Positions 36,494-46,106 of a stretch of DNA of 64,000 nucleotides are shown here, piece by piece. The notes under the pieces are model-generated. The model was not told the DNA's origin. It made no database searches and saw nothing but the letters and a program-made list of their open reading frames with translations. The position numbers were made by a program, and so were the translations under genes. The DNA comes from Gammaproteobacteria bacterium. GTDB taxonomy: Bacteria > Pseudomonadota > Gammaproteobacteria > Eutrophobiales > Eutrophobiaceae. Where the stretch lies: contig OZ245331.1 in NCBI GenBank assembly GCA_965226155.1, positions 1,182,064-1,246,063 of the forward strand. Direction: 5' to 3'. Each line of letters starts with the position of its first letter. Positions within the stretch are counted from its first letter, which is position 1.

Positions 36494-38551
36494 TTATATT
36501 ACCGAAGGTGGTTGTGGCTCAATTCCAGCATGCCTTAACAGTGATTCAATACTAGGCTCGCGTCCACGGAATTCCACGAATAGATCCATCGGGTCACACG
36601 CTCCGCCTTGTTCGAGAATAGTATGAAGGAATAATTCACCAGTTTCACGATCGAATACGCCTTTTTCTTCAAATTTCGAGTATGCATCGGCCGATAATAC
36701 TTCTGCCCATTTATAGCTATAATAACCAGCTGCATAACCGCCTGCAAAAATATGGGTAAAACTGTGTTGAAATCGATTGTATTCAGGCGGTATCAATACT
36801 GAGATTTCAGAACGAATCTCATCAAGTAGTTTTTGTATTACGTCCTGACGATAATCATTGCAATTATAGTGAAGTTGAAAATCAAATAATGCAAATTCGA
36901 GCTGCCTGACCATCTGCATCCCACTCTGGAAATTTTTTGCCTGGATCATCTTATTAAATAATTTGTCTGGAAGGATTTCGCCGGTCTTGAAGTGTTTACC
37001 CATGATATCGAGTAGTGGACGTTCCCAGCACCAGTTCTCCATAAATTGACTTGGTAATTCTACGGCGTCCCAAGGGACACCGTTTATCCCGGAGACTGCA
37101 GGATAGTCGATCCGGGTTAGCAGATGATGAAGGCCGTGTCCGAACTCATGAAAGAGAGTCGATACTTCATCATGTGTTAATAAGGAAGGTTCCTCACCTA
37201 TGGGTGGTGTGAAGTTGCAAGTGAGATAAGCAACTGGGATTTGTAGTACTGATCCGTTTTTCTTTCTTACTCTACATTCGTCCATCCATGCTCCACCACG
37301 TTTATGAGGTCTCGCATAGAGGTCTATGTAAAAGCTGCCGCGGTGATCTCCGGCAATATCATAAATTTCAAAAAGCCTAACGTCAGAATGCCAGCCGTCG
37401 ATTTTATTTTTTTCGACAATATTCAATCCGTACAATTTATTTACCAAAAAGAATAATCCGGCTAATACATTTTTCACAGGAAAGTACGGTTTTAGTTGTT
37501 CCTGACTAATATCAAATTTATATTTTCTGAGTTTCTCTGAAAAGTAAGCGACATCCCAGGCATTAAGTGTCGTGACCTGGAATTGGTCTCTGGAAAATTC
37601 GGTTAATTCATTAAACTCGGCTTTTGCAACGGGATAGGATTTCTGTGCCAAACCCGAAAGAAATGATAAAACTTCATCCGGTGATTTTGCCATTTTGCGA
37701 GCAAGCGAATAGTCAGCATAATTTTCAAAGCCGAGCATATTTGCTTTTTTTGTTCTCAGCGCAAGGATTTGTTCCATGCTAAAGCTGTTATCAAATTCGT
37801 GGTTTCCGGGGCCTTTGCTTGATGCGCGTGTGACATAGGCTTCGTACATTTGCTTGCGCAGGGATTGATCTGAGGCGTACTGCATGACAGGGAGATAACA
37901 CGGGAAGTCGAGGGTAAACATCCAGCCATCCTGCTCCTGCTCTTGTGCATTATTCGCGGCAAGTGAGATAATTGCTTCAGGTATTCCTGACAACCTTTCC
38001 TTGTCGGAAATTACTAATGACCAGGCGCGAGTGGCGTCGAGTACATTTTCCTCAAATTTTGTCTGCGCTCTTGAGAGGTCCTGCTGTATCTTTTTAAATT
38101 CTGCTTTTTCCTCTGGGTTGAGGGCAACTCCAGACAGTTTGAAATCGCGAAGTGCATTATCAATAATTTTTATTTGGGCGTAGTCTAGATTCGTAAACTG
38201 TTCGCTTTCTGCAATCTGCTTGTACGCTAAATACAAGTCATGGTTTTGTCCAACTTCGGTAGAGTAGTCAGTTAATTTCTCTAGGCATTCGTTATAAACA
38301 CTGCGCAGCGCATCGTTCTCTGCAACTGAATGCAGATGACTAACTGGCGACCAGGCTTTGTTTAATCGATCTTCCTGTTCCTGCAATGGATATACTAGGT
38401 TACCCCAGGTAAAGGGCTGGGTGCTTTTCAAAATTTCCAGTAACTGTCGGCGGTTATCAGCCAGGATTGCATCAACCGCTGGCACCACGTGTTCTGGTTT
38501 GATTTTGCTGAATGACGGGAGGTCATCTGCTTTAAGTAAGGGGTTAGTCAT
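36494..38551 (-). CDS. prlC: oligopeptidase A (M3 family)
   Basis: 685 aa; HEFGHGLHH zinc motif; full-length M3A architecture. Confidence 0.9.
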   Translation of the reverse strand: MTNPLLKADDLPSFSKIKPEHVVPAVDAILADNRRQLLEILKSTQPFTWGNLVYPLQEQEDRLNKAWSPVSHLHSVAENDALRSVYNECLEKLTDYSTEVGQNHDLYLAYKQIAESEQFTNLDYAQIKIIDNALRDFKLSGVALNPEEKAEFKKIQQDLSRAQTKFEENVLDATRAWSLVISDKERLSGIPEAIISLAANNAQEQEQDGWMFTLDFPCYLPVMQYASDQSLRKQMYEAYVTRASSKGPGNHEFDNSFSMEQILALRTKKANMLGFENYADYSLARKMAKSPDEVLSFLSGLAQKSYPVAKAEFNELTEFSRDQFQVTTLNAWDVAYFSEKLRKYKFDISQEQLKPYFPVKNVLAGLFFLVNKLYGLNIVEKNKIDGWHSDVRLFEIYDIAGDHRGSFYIDLYARPHKRGGAWMDECRVRKKNGSVLQIPVAYLTCNFTPPIGEEPSLLTHDEVSTLFHEFGHGLHHLLTRIDYPAVSGINGVPWDAVELPSQFMENWCWERPLLDIMGKHFKTGEILPDKLFNKMIQAKNFQSGMQMVRQLEFALFDFQLHYNCNDYRQDVIQKLLDEIRSEISVLIPPEYNRFQHSFTHIFAGGYAAGYYSYKWAEVLSADAYSKFEEKGVFDRETGELFLHTILEQGGACDPMDLFVEFRGREPSIESLLRHAGIEPQPPSVI

Positions 38552-38649
38552 AATGTCAGTTTATACTAACCCGGAATGTTCTCAAGTCTTTGATTTAAAA
38601 AGAAATGCATTGTGAACGATGTCACATAAAAATAGATACGATATTCTAG

Positions 38650-38690
38650 TTGTTAATAATTCTCATTTGTATTATGATTGTCAATAGAAT
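38650..38690. promoter_or_regulatory. Fur-box-like sequence upstream of bfd
   Basis: GTTAATAATTCTCATTTGTATTATGATTGTCAATAG resembles overlapping GATAATGATAATCATTATC units. Confidence 0.55.
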
Positions 38691-38717
38691 TAATTGTCTA
38701 GGATATATGAAAACAAA

Positions 38718-38894
38718 ATGTATATATGTGCTTGCAACGCGGTAACTGAAAAACAAGTTCAACAAGCTATTGAAGGGGGCGCGCAGTCTGTCGGGCAACT
38801 CAGAGAGAAGCTGATGGTCGCACGTTGCTGTGGTTCATGCCTTGATTCCGTAAAGCAGTGTCTCCAGCAAGCGGCCACACCGCAAGCTGCCTGA
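38718..38894 (+). CDS. bfd: bacterioferritin-associated ferredoxin
   Basis: MYICACNAVTEKQV...CCGSC, the 2Fe-2S Bfd motif; start at ATG 38718. Confidence 0.85.
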   Translation: MYICACNAVTEKQVQQAIEGGAQSVGQLREKLMVARCCGSCLDSVKQCLQQAATPQAA

Positions 38895-38921
38895 TCCAAG
38901 CAGTCTAAGTCCGTCCACTAA

Positions 38922-38949
38922 TGCAAGTGCTTACTTGCACTGATTTTTT
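38922..38949 (+). terminator. rho-independent terminator after bfd
   Basis: TGCAAGT-GCTT-ACTTGCA hairpin followed by CTGATTTTTT. Confidence 0.65.
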
Positions 38950-38995
38950 GTCCTAAGCTCATTTCCTGATCCTCAAAATGTTATACTTAATATCA

Positions 38996-39026
38996 TAAAT
39001 CATTATTGATAATGATTCTCATTTAG
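38996..39026. promoter_or_regulatory. Fur box upstream of the porin / FMN-binding / PepSY operon
   Basis: AATCATTATTGATAATGATTCTCATTT; the core GATAATGATTCTCATTT matches the Fur consensus at 14 of 19 positions. Confidence 0.65.
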
Positions 39027-39087
39027 ATTATATTTTCGCTTTCATCAGTTAATCTTTACTCATCCATTTTAATAAAAGGAATCCAGT

Positions 39088-40383
39088 ATGTTTTGTGTAG
39101 TTAATCCGCGATCAAAAATTTTTGTTTTCATCACCGTCCTGGGCATATGCTCGACTTTGTCTGCGCAAACACCGACACATGAAGAGATATGGCAAATCGT
39201 TCAGCAACATCAAAAGACCATCGATACGCTACAAACGAAGCTTGATGAAACACAAAAGAAATTAGATGAAGCACTGCTAGCTGTAGAGACGACTGCAGAT
39301 GCGATTGAGGCCGTGTCTATAGAGAGTAAAAAAATTACAGGTGGTGATCGTACATCCAAAGGTGGCTATGGTGAATTGCACTATAACAATCTGAATGATG
39401 ACGCCACAGCGGACGGTGATGATTCCGTCAACAGGGCTGATTTTCACCGGTTTGTTTTATACTTTGGACACGAATTTTCAGATGATGTCAGATTCTTTTC
39501 TGAGCTAGAACTCGAACATTCACTTGCTGGAGAGAGTACCCCGGGTGAAGTGGAACTGGAGCAGGCTTGGATTGAACTAGACTTGAATCAACAACACCGG
39601 ATACGCGCAGGTTTGGACATCCTACCCATAGGAATACTTAACCCTACACATGAACCGAATACCTTTTACGGGGTTGAAAGAAACCGAGTCGAATCGGAAA
39701 TTATTCCCGCTACCTGGTGGGAGGCCGGTATAGGCCTGAATGGTGAAATAGCTCCAGGATGGAATTACGATTTTGTATTACACAGTGGCTTGGTGGTACC
39801 GGTCACTGGGAGTTCTGCCTTTCGCCCCCGTAGCGGCCGACTGAAAGTAGCAGAGGCTGATGACCAGGATCTAGCAACGACGGGTCGTATTCGCTATACC
39901 GGAATTCCAGGGTTGGAAGTCGGCGTATCAGCACAATATCAGGCTGACATCACCGGGACTGCAGATGCTTTCGATATCAGTGCATCATTGTTAGAAGGCC
40001 ATGTTGATTGGAAACATCATAGTGGCTTTGGTCTGCGTGCGCTTTATGCCCGTTGGGACCTCGGCAATGATGCTGGTCTGGACCCAGCGGTAGTCAATGC
40101 CAATAATCTTTCTGGATGGTATATCGAACCGTCTTATCGATTCAAAGCGGGGAATCAACGATGGAATGATTTCGGTGTTTTTACTCGATACAGTATGTGG
40201 GACGAACGAAACCAGATTGCCGGGTCGCATCGATACGAAGAGTTCGGTCAATTTGTCGCAGGTTTAAACTGGTGGCCTCATAGTAATCTCGCTTTTAAAG
40301 TTGATTTCCAGTGGGAAGATGCCGACAGAACTGTGGACAGAGTGTTAGATGGAATCAACCTTGGAGTCGGTTATCAATTTTAA
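39088..40383 (+). CDS. outer-membrane porin-like beta-barrel with N-terminal coiled coil
   Basis: Signal peptide, coiled coil (QKTIDTLQTKLDETQKKLDE), alternating beta-strand pattern, C-terminal ...GINLGVGYQF with a terminal Phe. Confidence 0.7.
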   Translation: MFCVVNPRSKIFVFITVLGICSTLSAQTPTHEEIWQIVQQHQKTIDTLQTKLDETQKKLDEALLAVETTADAIEAVSIESKKITGGDRTSKGGYGELHYNNLNDDATADGDDSVNRADFHRFVLYFGHEFSDDVRFFSELELEHSLAGESTPGEVELEQAWIELDLNQQHRIRAGLDILPIGILNPTHEPNTFYGVERNRVESEIIPATWWEAGIGLNGEIAPGWNYDFVLHSGLVVPVTGSSAFRPRSGRLKVAEADDQDLATTGRIRYTGIPGLEVGVSAQYQADITGTADAFDISASLLEGHVDWKHHSGFGLRALYARWDLGNDAGLDPAVVNANNLSGWYIEPSYRFKAGNQRWNDFGVFTRYSMWDERNQIAGSHRYEEFGQFVAGLNWWPHSNLAFKVDFQWEDADRTVDRVLDGINLGVGYQF

Positions 40384-40445
40384 GATGGTCTTTAAAACAC
40401 GATGATGGGTTTACAGATAATGTGCCGGCACCCGTTTTTAAACAA

Positions 40446-40973
40446 ATGAATTCAGTCAAATTAATTTTATCCGTTTTCATACTCGCCGTTCCGGTTGTTG
40501 ATATAACTTATGCGCGGGGCATATATCAGGAGCCTGTAGAATTTCTGAATGAAGTATTCAATGAAAATCCGCCTGATCCACACAAACTATGGATCAGGAA
40601 GGAACTGACGCCACAAATCAATGAAATTCTCGGCCATGACCTAGCCGTATTGCGGGTTAGTTACTGGAAGAGTGATGGTCGAACTGCTTGGATCATAGAT
40701 GAGGTTGGTAAAGATCAGCCAATTACCACGGGGGTAGTCATTAGGGATAACCAAATCGAACTTATCCGGGTTTTGATATTTCGCGAAACACGTGGTTGGG
40801 AAATCAGGCATCCTTTTTTTACTAATCAATTTAACAATGCCATGCTTGTACAAGGTGTTGAGCTTGATGTTGATATCGACGGTATTTCAGGCGCAACACT
40901 ATCGGTAAATGCAATGATAAAATTGGCGAAGTTGGCGTTGTTATTTCATAAACAAGTTATGGATCAGGAATGA
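40446..40973 (+). CDS. periplasmic FMN-binding (FMN_bind) domain protein
   Basis: Signal peptide MNSVKLILSVFILAVPVV; DIDGISGATLS matches the ApbE flavinylation motif. Start set at the first ATG after the porin stop. Confidence 0.75.
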   Translation: MNSVKLILSVFILAVPVVDITYARGIYQEPVEFLNEVFNENPPDPHKLWIRKELTPQINEILGHDLAVLRVSYWKSDGRTAWIIDEVGKDQPITTGVVIRDNQIELIRVLIFRETRGWEIRHPFFTNQFNNAMLVQGVELDVDIDGISGATLSVNAMIKLAKLALLFHKQVMDQE

Positions 40974-41722
40974 AGTTACTGGACCTTGTAATTTGGCATA
41001 AGTGGTTGGGTGCAATCGCCACTATCTTCATCATCATTCTCTCGATAACGGGTGTAATGTTGATACACACGTTAGATTTAAATCTACAGGAGAAATTTGC
41101 AGATAGTAATTGGTTGCTGAGTTGGTACAATATTTCACCTAAAAACCCTCCTCGCTCATATGCAATTGATGATCATATCTTCACTCAAATTGATGGGCAG
41201 TTGTATCTTGATAACATGGAATTGCCAGGAAACGAGGAAGAATTACGAGGGGTTATTCAAGTCGATAATGAATTTGTTATTGCATTTGATAACAGCTTGT
41301 TTCTACTAACAGCGGAGGGAGAATTGATCGAAAGACTATCCTCTCTACAGGGTTTGCCTCAGGGCCTGCTTTCTATCAGTCTCAACTCAGATGACAGGGT
41401 AATCATAAAAACTTCACAGGGTTTATATGTGGCGGATTTAGATTTGTTCGAGTGGCGAACAACCGAGGAGGATAACATTAGCTGGTCCGCTAACACTGAG
41501 TTGCCCGTAGAATTGCAAACAGAATTGTTAGGAAAATATCGAGGCAACGGACTCCCTGTTGAAAGAGTCATTGTTGATATGCATAGCGGTCGCTTACTTG
41601 GTAAATACGGAATATGGATTATGGATCTCGCTGTGATAATTTTTCTAGCCTTATCGATAAGCGGGTGGTGGGCATGGTTTAAGCGCCGTGCATTGCAGAA
41701 AGAAATAGACGCCGACGGGTAA
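40970..41722 (+). CDS. PepSY-associated TM-helix protein (PiuB-like, short)
   Basis: N-terminal WHKWLGAIATIFIIILSITGVML and C-terminal HSGRLLGKYGIWIMDLAVIIFLALSISGWWAW are typical PepSY_TM helices. Confidence 0.7.
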   Translation: MKLLDLVIWHKWLGAIATIFIIILSITGVMLIHTLDLNLQEKFADSNWLLSWYNISPKNPPRSYAIDDHIFTQIDGQLYLDNMELPGNEEELRGVIQVDNEFVIAFDNSLFLLTAEGELIERLSSLQGLPQGLLSISLNSDDRVIIKTSQGLYVADLDLFEWRTTEEDNISWSANTELPVELQTELLGKYRGNGLPVERVIVDMHSGRLLGKYGIWIMDLAVIIFLALSISGWWAWFKRRALQKEIDADG

Positions 41723-41758
41723 AGGCGTAAACGAATAGACTAGCACAAACCTTAGATC

Positions 41759-42874
41759 TTAAGGGTTATCCATTTCACCAAAATGGACCTGAATATTATT
41801 TCCCCGGATAGTTATACGGGCACGAGTGCCAGGCTGGGCAACCCGGTTTCCGTTTTCGTTCTTTGGCAGGAAGCGCCATTTTGATACAGTATCCAGAGCA
41901 GCTTTGTCAAAAGTATTAACTGGTATTGACTCAATAATTTTTGGATTTGTTACTTTACCGGTATTTGTAACATTGAACTCAAATAAAATCGTTCCCTGAA
42001 GTTGTTCATCATCTAAAGAGGGAAGTAATGGTTTAATAATGAACAAGGGTTGTGCAGCAGTCTCTTCGGTCTTTATTAGAGCGATAACCTTGTCAGCGTG
42101 ATCTGAATACTTATCGTTTTGTTGAGTTATATAGAATTCAGCAAGTTTTGCGTGAAGAGATACGATCCGCGGATCATTCTCATCCAGTTTTTCCTCGAAA
42201 AGTTTCAGCGCCTGTTGGTAAAGATTTTCGGCATCCGTAAAATCATTTTTATTGAAGGCGATATCGCCGAGTGAGATGATTATCGTTGTTGCACTTGGAT
42301 CATTTGCACCATAATTTTTTTCGACGATACCGATTGCTTGAATCAATAAATCTCCAGCCGAATCAAATTTGTTTTCCGCCACATCAATCTGGGCTTGTGA
42401 CCTTAATAGATTTATGATCTTGGGATCATCTGCGCCCCTGCGCAATTTTCGAAGATTAATCGCCTTAATCAATGCACGGCGTGTGTTTTCAACGTCTCCC
42501 TTGTTTGCATATATCGCGGCAAGATCTCCGTGTACCGTAATAAGCGATTCATGATTAATACCAAACTTTTCAACTATTATTTCCTCAGCTCGGCTTAGGT
42601 AGCTTTCTGCTTCATCGGCTTTTCCAGAAAGGACCAGTACGTGTCCAAGATTAATCATCAAAATGGCAGATTTGTCATGATCCTCGCCGATACTTGTTAC
42701 CGCCATATTCATGGCTTGCTTCGCTAGAGTTTGTGCGACTTCCAAATCATTATTGTTAAAGGCTTCTTCATACGACCGGTAGACTTCTTCGAATTCATCA
42801 GGTAGATCTTGGGCGGGGACATGCACGGCATATAAGGTCAAAAACAATACCGAAGCTAAGCTGTAAAAATTCAT
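41759..42874 (-). CDS. secreted TPR-repeat protein with TonB C-terminal domain
   Basis: Signal peptide, several TPR-like repeats, C-terminal PVNTFDKAALDTVSKWRFLPKNENG TonB_C-like domain. No Pro-rich spacer or TM anchor. Confidence 0.65.
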   Translation of the reverse strand: MNFYSLASVLFLTLYAVHVPAQDLPDEFEEVYRSYEEAFNNNDLEVAQTLAKQAMNMAVTSIGEDHDKSAILMINLGHVLVLSGKADEAESYLSRAEEIIVEKFGINHESLITVHGDLAAIYANKGDVENTRRALIKAINLRKLRRGADDPKIINLLRSQAQIDVAENKFDSAGDLLIQAIGIVEKNYGANDPSATTIIISLGDIAFNKNDFTDAENLYQQALKLFEEKLDENDPRIVSLHAKLAEFYITQQNDKYSDHADKVIALIKTEETAAQPLFIIKPLLPSLDDEQLQGTILFEFNVTNTGKVTNPKIIESIPVNTFDKAALDTVSKWRFLPKNENGNRVAQPGTRARITIRGNNIQVHFGEMDNP

Positions 42875-42926
42875 GCTATTTGTACTTTATAGTGCAGTTA
42901 ATTCTATTTATGAACAGGGATTACTG

Positions 42927-43676
42927 TTATGCCTTTATACCGCATACAGGGCATTCTGGATCTTTTCGAAGTTTTGCCTTACGCATTTCCATAGTCAATA
43001 CATCTACTAAAAGTAATTCTCCTTGTAGAGTTTTACCGAGCCCCATGATGAGTTTCATTGCTTCGGTTGCTTGGATGCTTCCAACGATACCAAGTAGTGG
43101 TGATAAAACACCATTCATAGTACATGTTTCATCAACTTGGTTGTCTTCTCCATATAGGCAGCGATAACACGGAGATTCTGAATCACGTGGATCAAACACG
43201 CTAACCTGAGCTTCAAACCGGATTGCTGCACCTGATACCAGCGGTGTTAGTGTTGCTACACTCGCCTCGTTTATCATAAAACGTGTTTTAAAATTATCAG
43301 TTGCATCGATTATTACATCGGCACGACGGGCATTTTCGGTAAGACTGTCAATTTCAATCGCTTTGTCGATAAGTGATAGCCTTACATCTGGATTTAGTGC
43401 TAGCAATCGATCATGTGCAGATTCTACTTTTAGCCTGCCGATGTCGCTTGTTGTATGTACAATTTGTCTTTGAAGATTTGAAAGGTCTACTTTGTCGTAA
43501 TCAACGAGTATGAGATGGCCTACCCCCGCCGCGGTTAGATAAATCGATATAGCAGAACCCAATCCTCCCAAACCAACCAAAAGCACTGTGGATTCTACCA
43601 GCTTGAGCTGGCCAGCTACATCAATCTCCGGCAGCATAATCTGCCGGCTATACCTTAATAACTGATCATCATTCAT
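42927..43676 (-). CDS. moeB: molybdopterin-synthase adenylyltransferase
   Basis: RYSRQIMLPEIDVAGQ...VGLGGLGS...DYDKVDLSNLQRQ and two CxxC pairs; 249 aa. Confidence 0.88.
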   Translation of the reverse strand: MNDDQLLRYSRQIMLPEIDVAGQLKLVESTVLLVGLGGLGSAISIYLTAAGVGHLILVDYDKVDLSNLQRQIVHTTSDIGRLKVESAHDRLLALNPDVRLSLIDKAIEIDSLTENARRADVIIDATDNFKTRFMINEASVATLTPLVSGAAIRFEAQVSVFDPRDSESPCYRCLYGEDNQVDETCTMNGVLSPLLGIVGSIQATEAMKLIMGLGKTLQGELLLVDVLTMEMRKAKLRKDPECPVCGIKA

Positions 43677-43686
43677 GTCGGGTAAA

Positions 43687-44112
43687 TTATTTATTTTTGT
43701 TATTATCTTTTACGTATTTTTGCCACATCAGTTTTTTATGTTTTCTTTTGTCTACTTGACGGCTGTAGTAATTAAAAAAAATACTCTGTGTATAGTCATC
43801 CCATCCACAGGGAAAATTCAAATGATCATGTTCGTTGTCTTCTATGTAGGCTTGAAGTGAATATATTAATTTTTTGGCAAAGCTGAATGATTTCGAGTGA
43901 ATAGCATTGGATACGATCTGCCAAATCTGGCTGAACCTTGCGGTAGCTAAATTATAGCCTAGTTTTATCATTCGGTTATCTAGCTCGATTTCCAATAATG
44001 GATCAATTGCCAGTATTTGCTCTTGTATTGTGCCCTTTTCCATATCGGTAATTTGGCCAGGGAATACGATTTCGGTCGTCCTAGTTTTATTGACAGCAGT
44101 GTTCACTTCCAA
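43687..44112 (-). CDS. hypothetical protein (orphan between prmC and moeB)
   Basis: 141-aa ORF, AT-rich, Lys-rich tail; overlaps the prmC stop by 10 nt; no family recognised. Confidence 0.45.
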   Translation of the reverse strand: MEVNTAVNKTRTTEIVFPGQITDMEKGTIQEQILAIDPLLEIELDNRMIKLGYNLATARFSQIWQIVSNAIHSKSFSFAKKLIYSLQAYIEDNEHDHLNFPCGWDDYTQSIFFNYYSRQVDKRKHKKLMWQKYVKDNNKNK

Positions 44113-44951
44113 TAATCGCCGTAAGTAAATCTTTCATGCCCAGAATAATCCGTTTCGGTCCGAATATTCTGGTAGTGATATTGTTTGAATAACTCTCTGA
44201 CCTGGAGTCCTTGATTATATCCATGTTCGATCAGTAAACAGCCATGCGAGTTTAGATATCTTGCCGCAGTGGGAACGATATGATTCAAAGCGTTCATCCC
44301 TACAGGTCCACCATCCAAAGCAATTCGAGGCTCAAAGCGGATTTCTCCCTCAGTAAATCCATTGTCATAGGACTCTACATAAGGGGGATTACTGACGATG
44401 ACATCGAAAGTTTTATTACCAATCTCCGAATACCAGTCTGATACTAGTAAACAAATGTTCTCTATTTTATTCTTCTGTGCATTTTCTCTTGTCATTTCCA
44501 CAGCCTCGGGGCTGATATCGACTGCAGTAATTCTAGTGTTCGGTCTCTCCTTGGCGAGTGCAATCGCAATTGCTCCGCACCCCGTCCCTAAATCAAGAAT
44601 TTCCGCCGGGCTGTCCTTATCAATCAGACCTAAGACTTTTTCAACTAATAGTTCAGTTTCGGGGCGAGGTATCAACGTACTACTGTTAACCAGGTAGTTT
44701 GTTGACCAAAATTCTTTAATACCGGTTAGGTATGACACCGGGTATTTCTTGGACCGTTTTCTAGTCAGCGAATTAAAATCACAGACCAAATCGGGTGGTA
44801 ATTTTTGCTCTGGGTATGAATAGAGGTGTTCACGAGTGCATTGTAATAACGAACTCAGTAATACTTCGCAATCAGTGCTAGCAGATTCGATTGCGTTAAG
44901 TTGTTTCTTGGCTGAATTAAGTACTGATTTTATGGTGTCAGTCGATTGCAT
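44103..44951 (-). CDS. prmC: release-factor glutamine methyltransferase
   Basis: ILDLGTGCGAIAIA and NPPY motifs; directly downstream of prfA. Confidence 0.9.
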   Translation of the reverse strand: MQSTDTIKSVLNSAKKQLNAIESASTDCEVLLSSLLQCTREHLYSYPEQKLPPDLVCDFNSLTRKRSKKYPVSYLTGIKEFWSTNYLVNSSTLIPRPETELLVEKVLGLIDKDSPAEILDLGTGCGAIAIALAKERPNTRITAVDISPEAVEMTRENAQKNKIENICLLVSDWYSEIGNKTFDVIVSNPPYVESYDNGFTEGEIRFEPRIALDGGPVGMNALNHIVPTAARYLNSHGCLLIEHGYNQGLQVRELFKQYHYQNIRTETDYSGHERFTYGDYWK

Positions 44952-44956
44952 GGTTT

Positions 44957-46042
44957 TTAGTCTGCCAGTGCTGCTAGCTGGTCTGCCTTGTGTTCGTTAA
45001 TTAATGTGTCAATAACCGAGTCAAGATTACCATCCATGAATTCTTCAAGTTTATATAAAGTTAAATTAATTCTGTGGTCTGTAACTCGGCCTTGAGGAAA
45101 GTTGTAGGTGCGGATCCTTTCTGATCTGTCTCCACTTCCGACAAGGTTGCGTCTGTTTTGAGCCATATCTGCAGCTTGCTTATCTCGTTCGGTACTCAAC
45201 AATTTCGCTTTTAGTAATGACATGGCACGAGCACGATTTTTGTGCTGAGAACGTTCATCCTGGCATTCAACGACTATTCCAGTAGACAGATGTTTAATAC
45301 GGATCGCCGAATCGGTTTTATTAACATGTTGGCCGCCTGCTCCTGACGCGCGATAGGTATCTATACGCAAATCATTTGGGTTAATCTCAATTTCACTGAT
45401 CTCGTCAGCCTCAGGTAAAATTGCCAAAGTGCATGCAGAAGTGTGAATACGACCTTGGGATTCTGTTTCAGGCACACGTTGTACACGATGTACACCGGAT
45501 TCAAATTTTAAGCGTGAGTAGGCACCTTCGCCGACAATACGAGCGATGATCTCGCGGTATCCGTCCAGATCACTCCATGCGGTACTGTGTACTTCGATTT
45601 TCCATCCCCGCAGTTCGACATATCGTGAATACATTCGGAAAAGATCCGCCGCAAACAACGCCGCTTCTTCACCGCCAGTGCCGGCACGAATTTCCAGGAA
45701 TAAATTGCTGTTATCCGCTGGGTCAGTTGGAAGCAGCAATTTCTGCAGTTCAAGTTCGAGATCCTTAAGGCTAGTCTGCTTTTGATGTATCTCTTCTTCT
45801 GCCATTAATCGAATATCTTTGTCCTCATCGTTCAGTAGTTCCTTAGAATTTTTTATGAAGGCAAGGTTGCTCTGGTATTTGTGATAGCACTCCACTACAG
45901 GGGTTACCTCAGAGACTTCGCGGCTCAGATCCCTAAAACGATTCTGGTTTTTGATAACAGCTGGATCCGAAAGGAGCGCGTGGATTTCCTGTTGTCTCTC
46001 GGCCAATTTCTCCAGCTTAAATTGAAGGCTTTGTTTTAACAT
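44957..46042 (-). CDS. prfA: peptide chain release factor 1
   Basis: [16 protein letters not shown] (GGQ) and PET tripeptide region; 361 aa. Confidence 0.93.
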   Translation of the reverse strand: MLKQSLQFKLEKLAERQQEIHALLSDPAVIKNQNRFRDLSREVSEVTPVVECYHKYQSNLAFIKNSKELLNDEDKDIRLMAEEEIHQKQTSLKDLELELQKLLLPTDPADNSNLFLEIRAGTGGEEAALFAADLFRMYSRYVELRGWKIEVHSTAWSDLDGYREIIARIVGEGAYSRLKFESGVHRVQRVPETESQGRIHTSACTLAILPEADEISEIEINPNDLRIDTYRASGAGGQHVNKTDSAIRIKHLSTGIVVECQDERSQHKNRARAMSLLKAKLLSTERDKQAADMAQNRRNLVGSGDRSERIRTYNFPQGRVTDHRINLTLYKLEEFMDGNLDSVIDTLINEHKADQLAALAD

Positions 46043-46106
46043 GGGTTCAGATTACAAATTGCATAGTTATCGTAATGATCATCTTTGTGTAGCCAGGCGA
46101 GACTAC

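Noticed and set aside
40311-40445. The long version of the FMN-binding ORF starting at 40311 and overlapping the porin gene by 73 nt.
   Set aside because: That upstream part lies inside the porin coding frame's 3' end and has no start-site support. The first ATG after the porin stop (40446) gives a canonical signal peptide.
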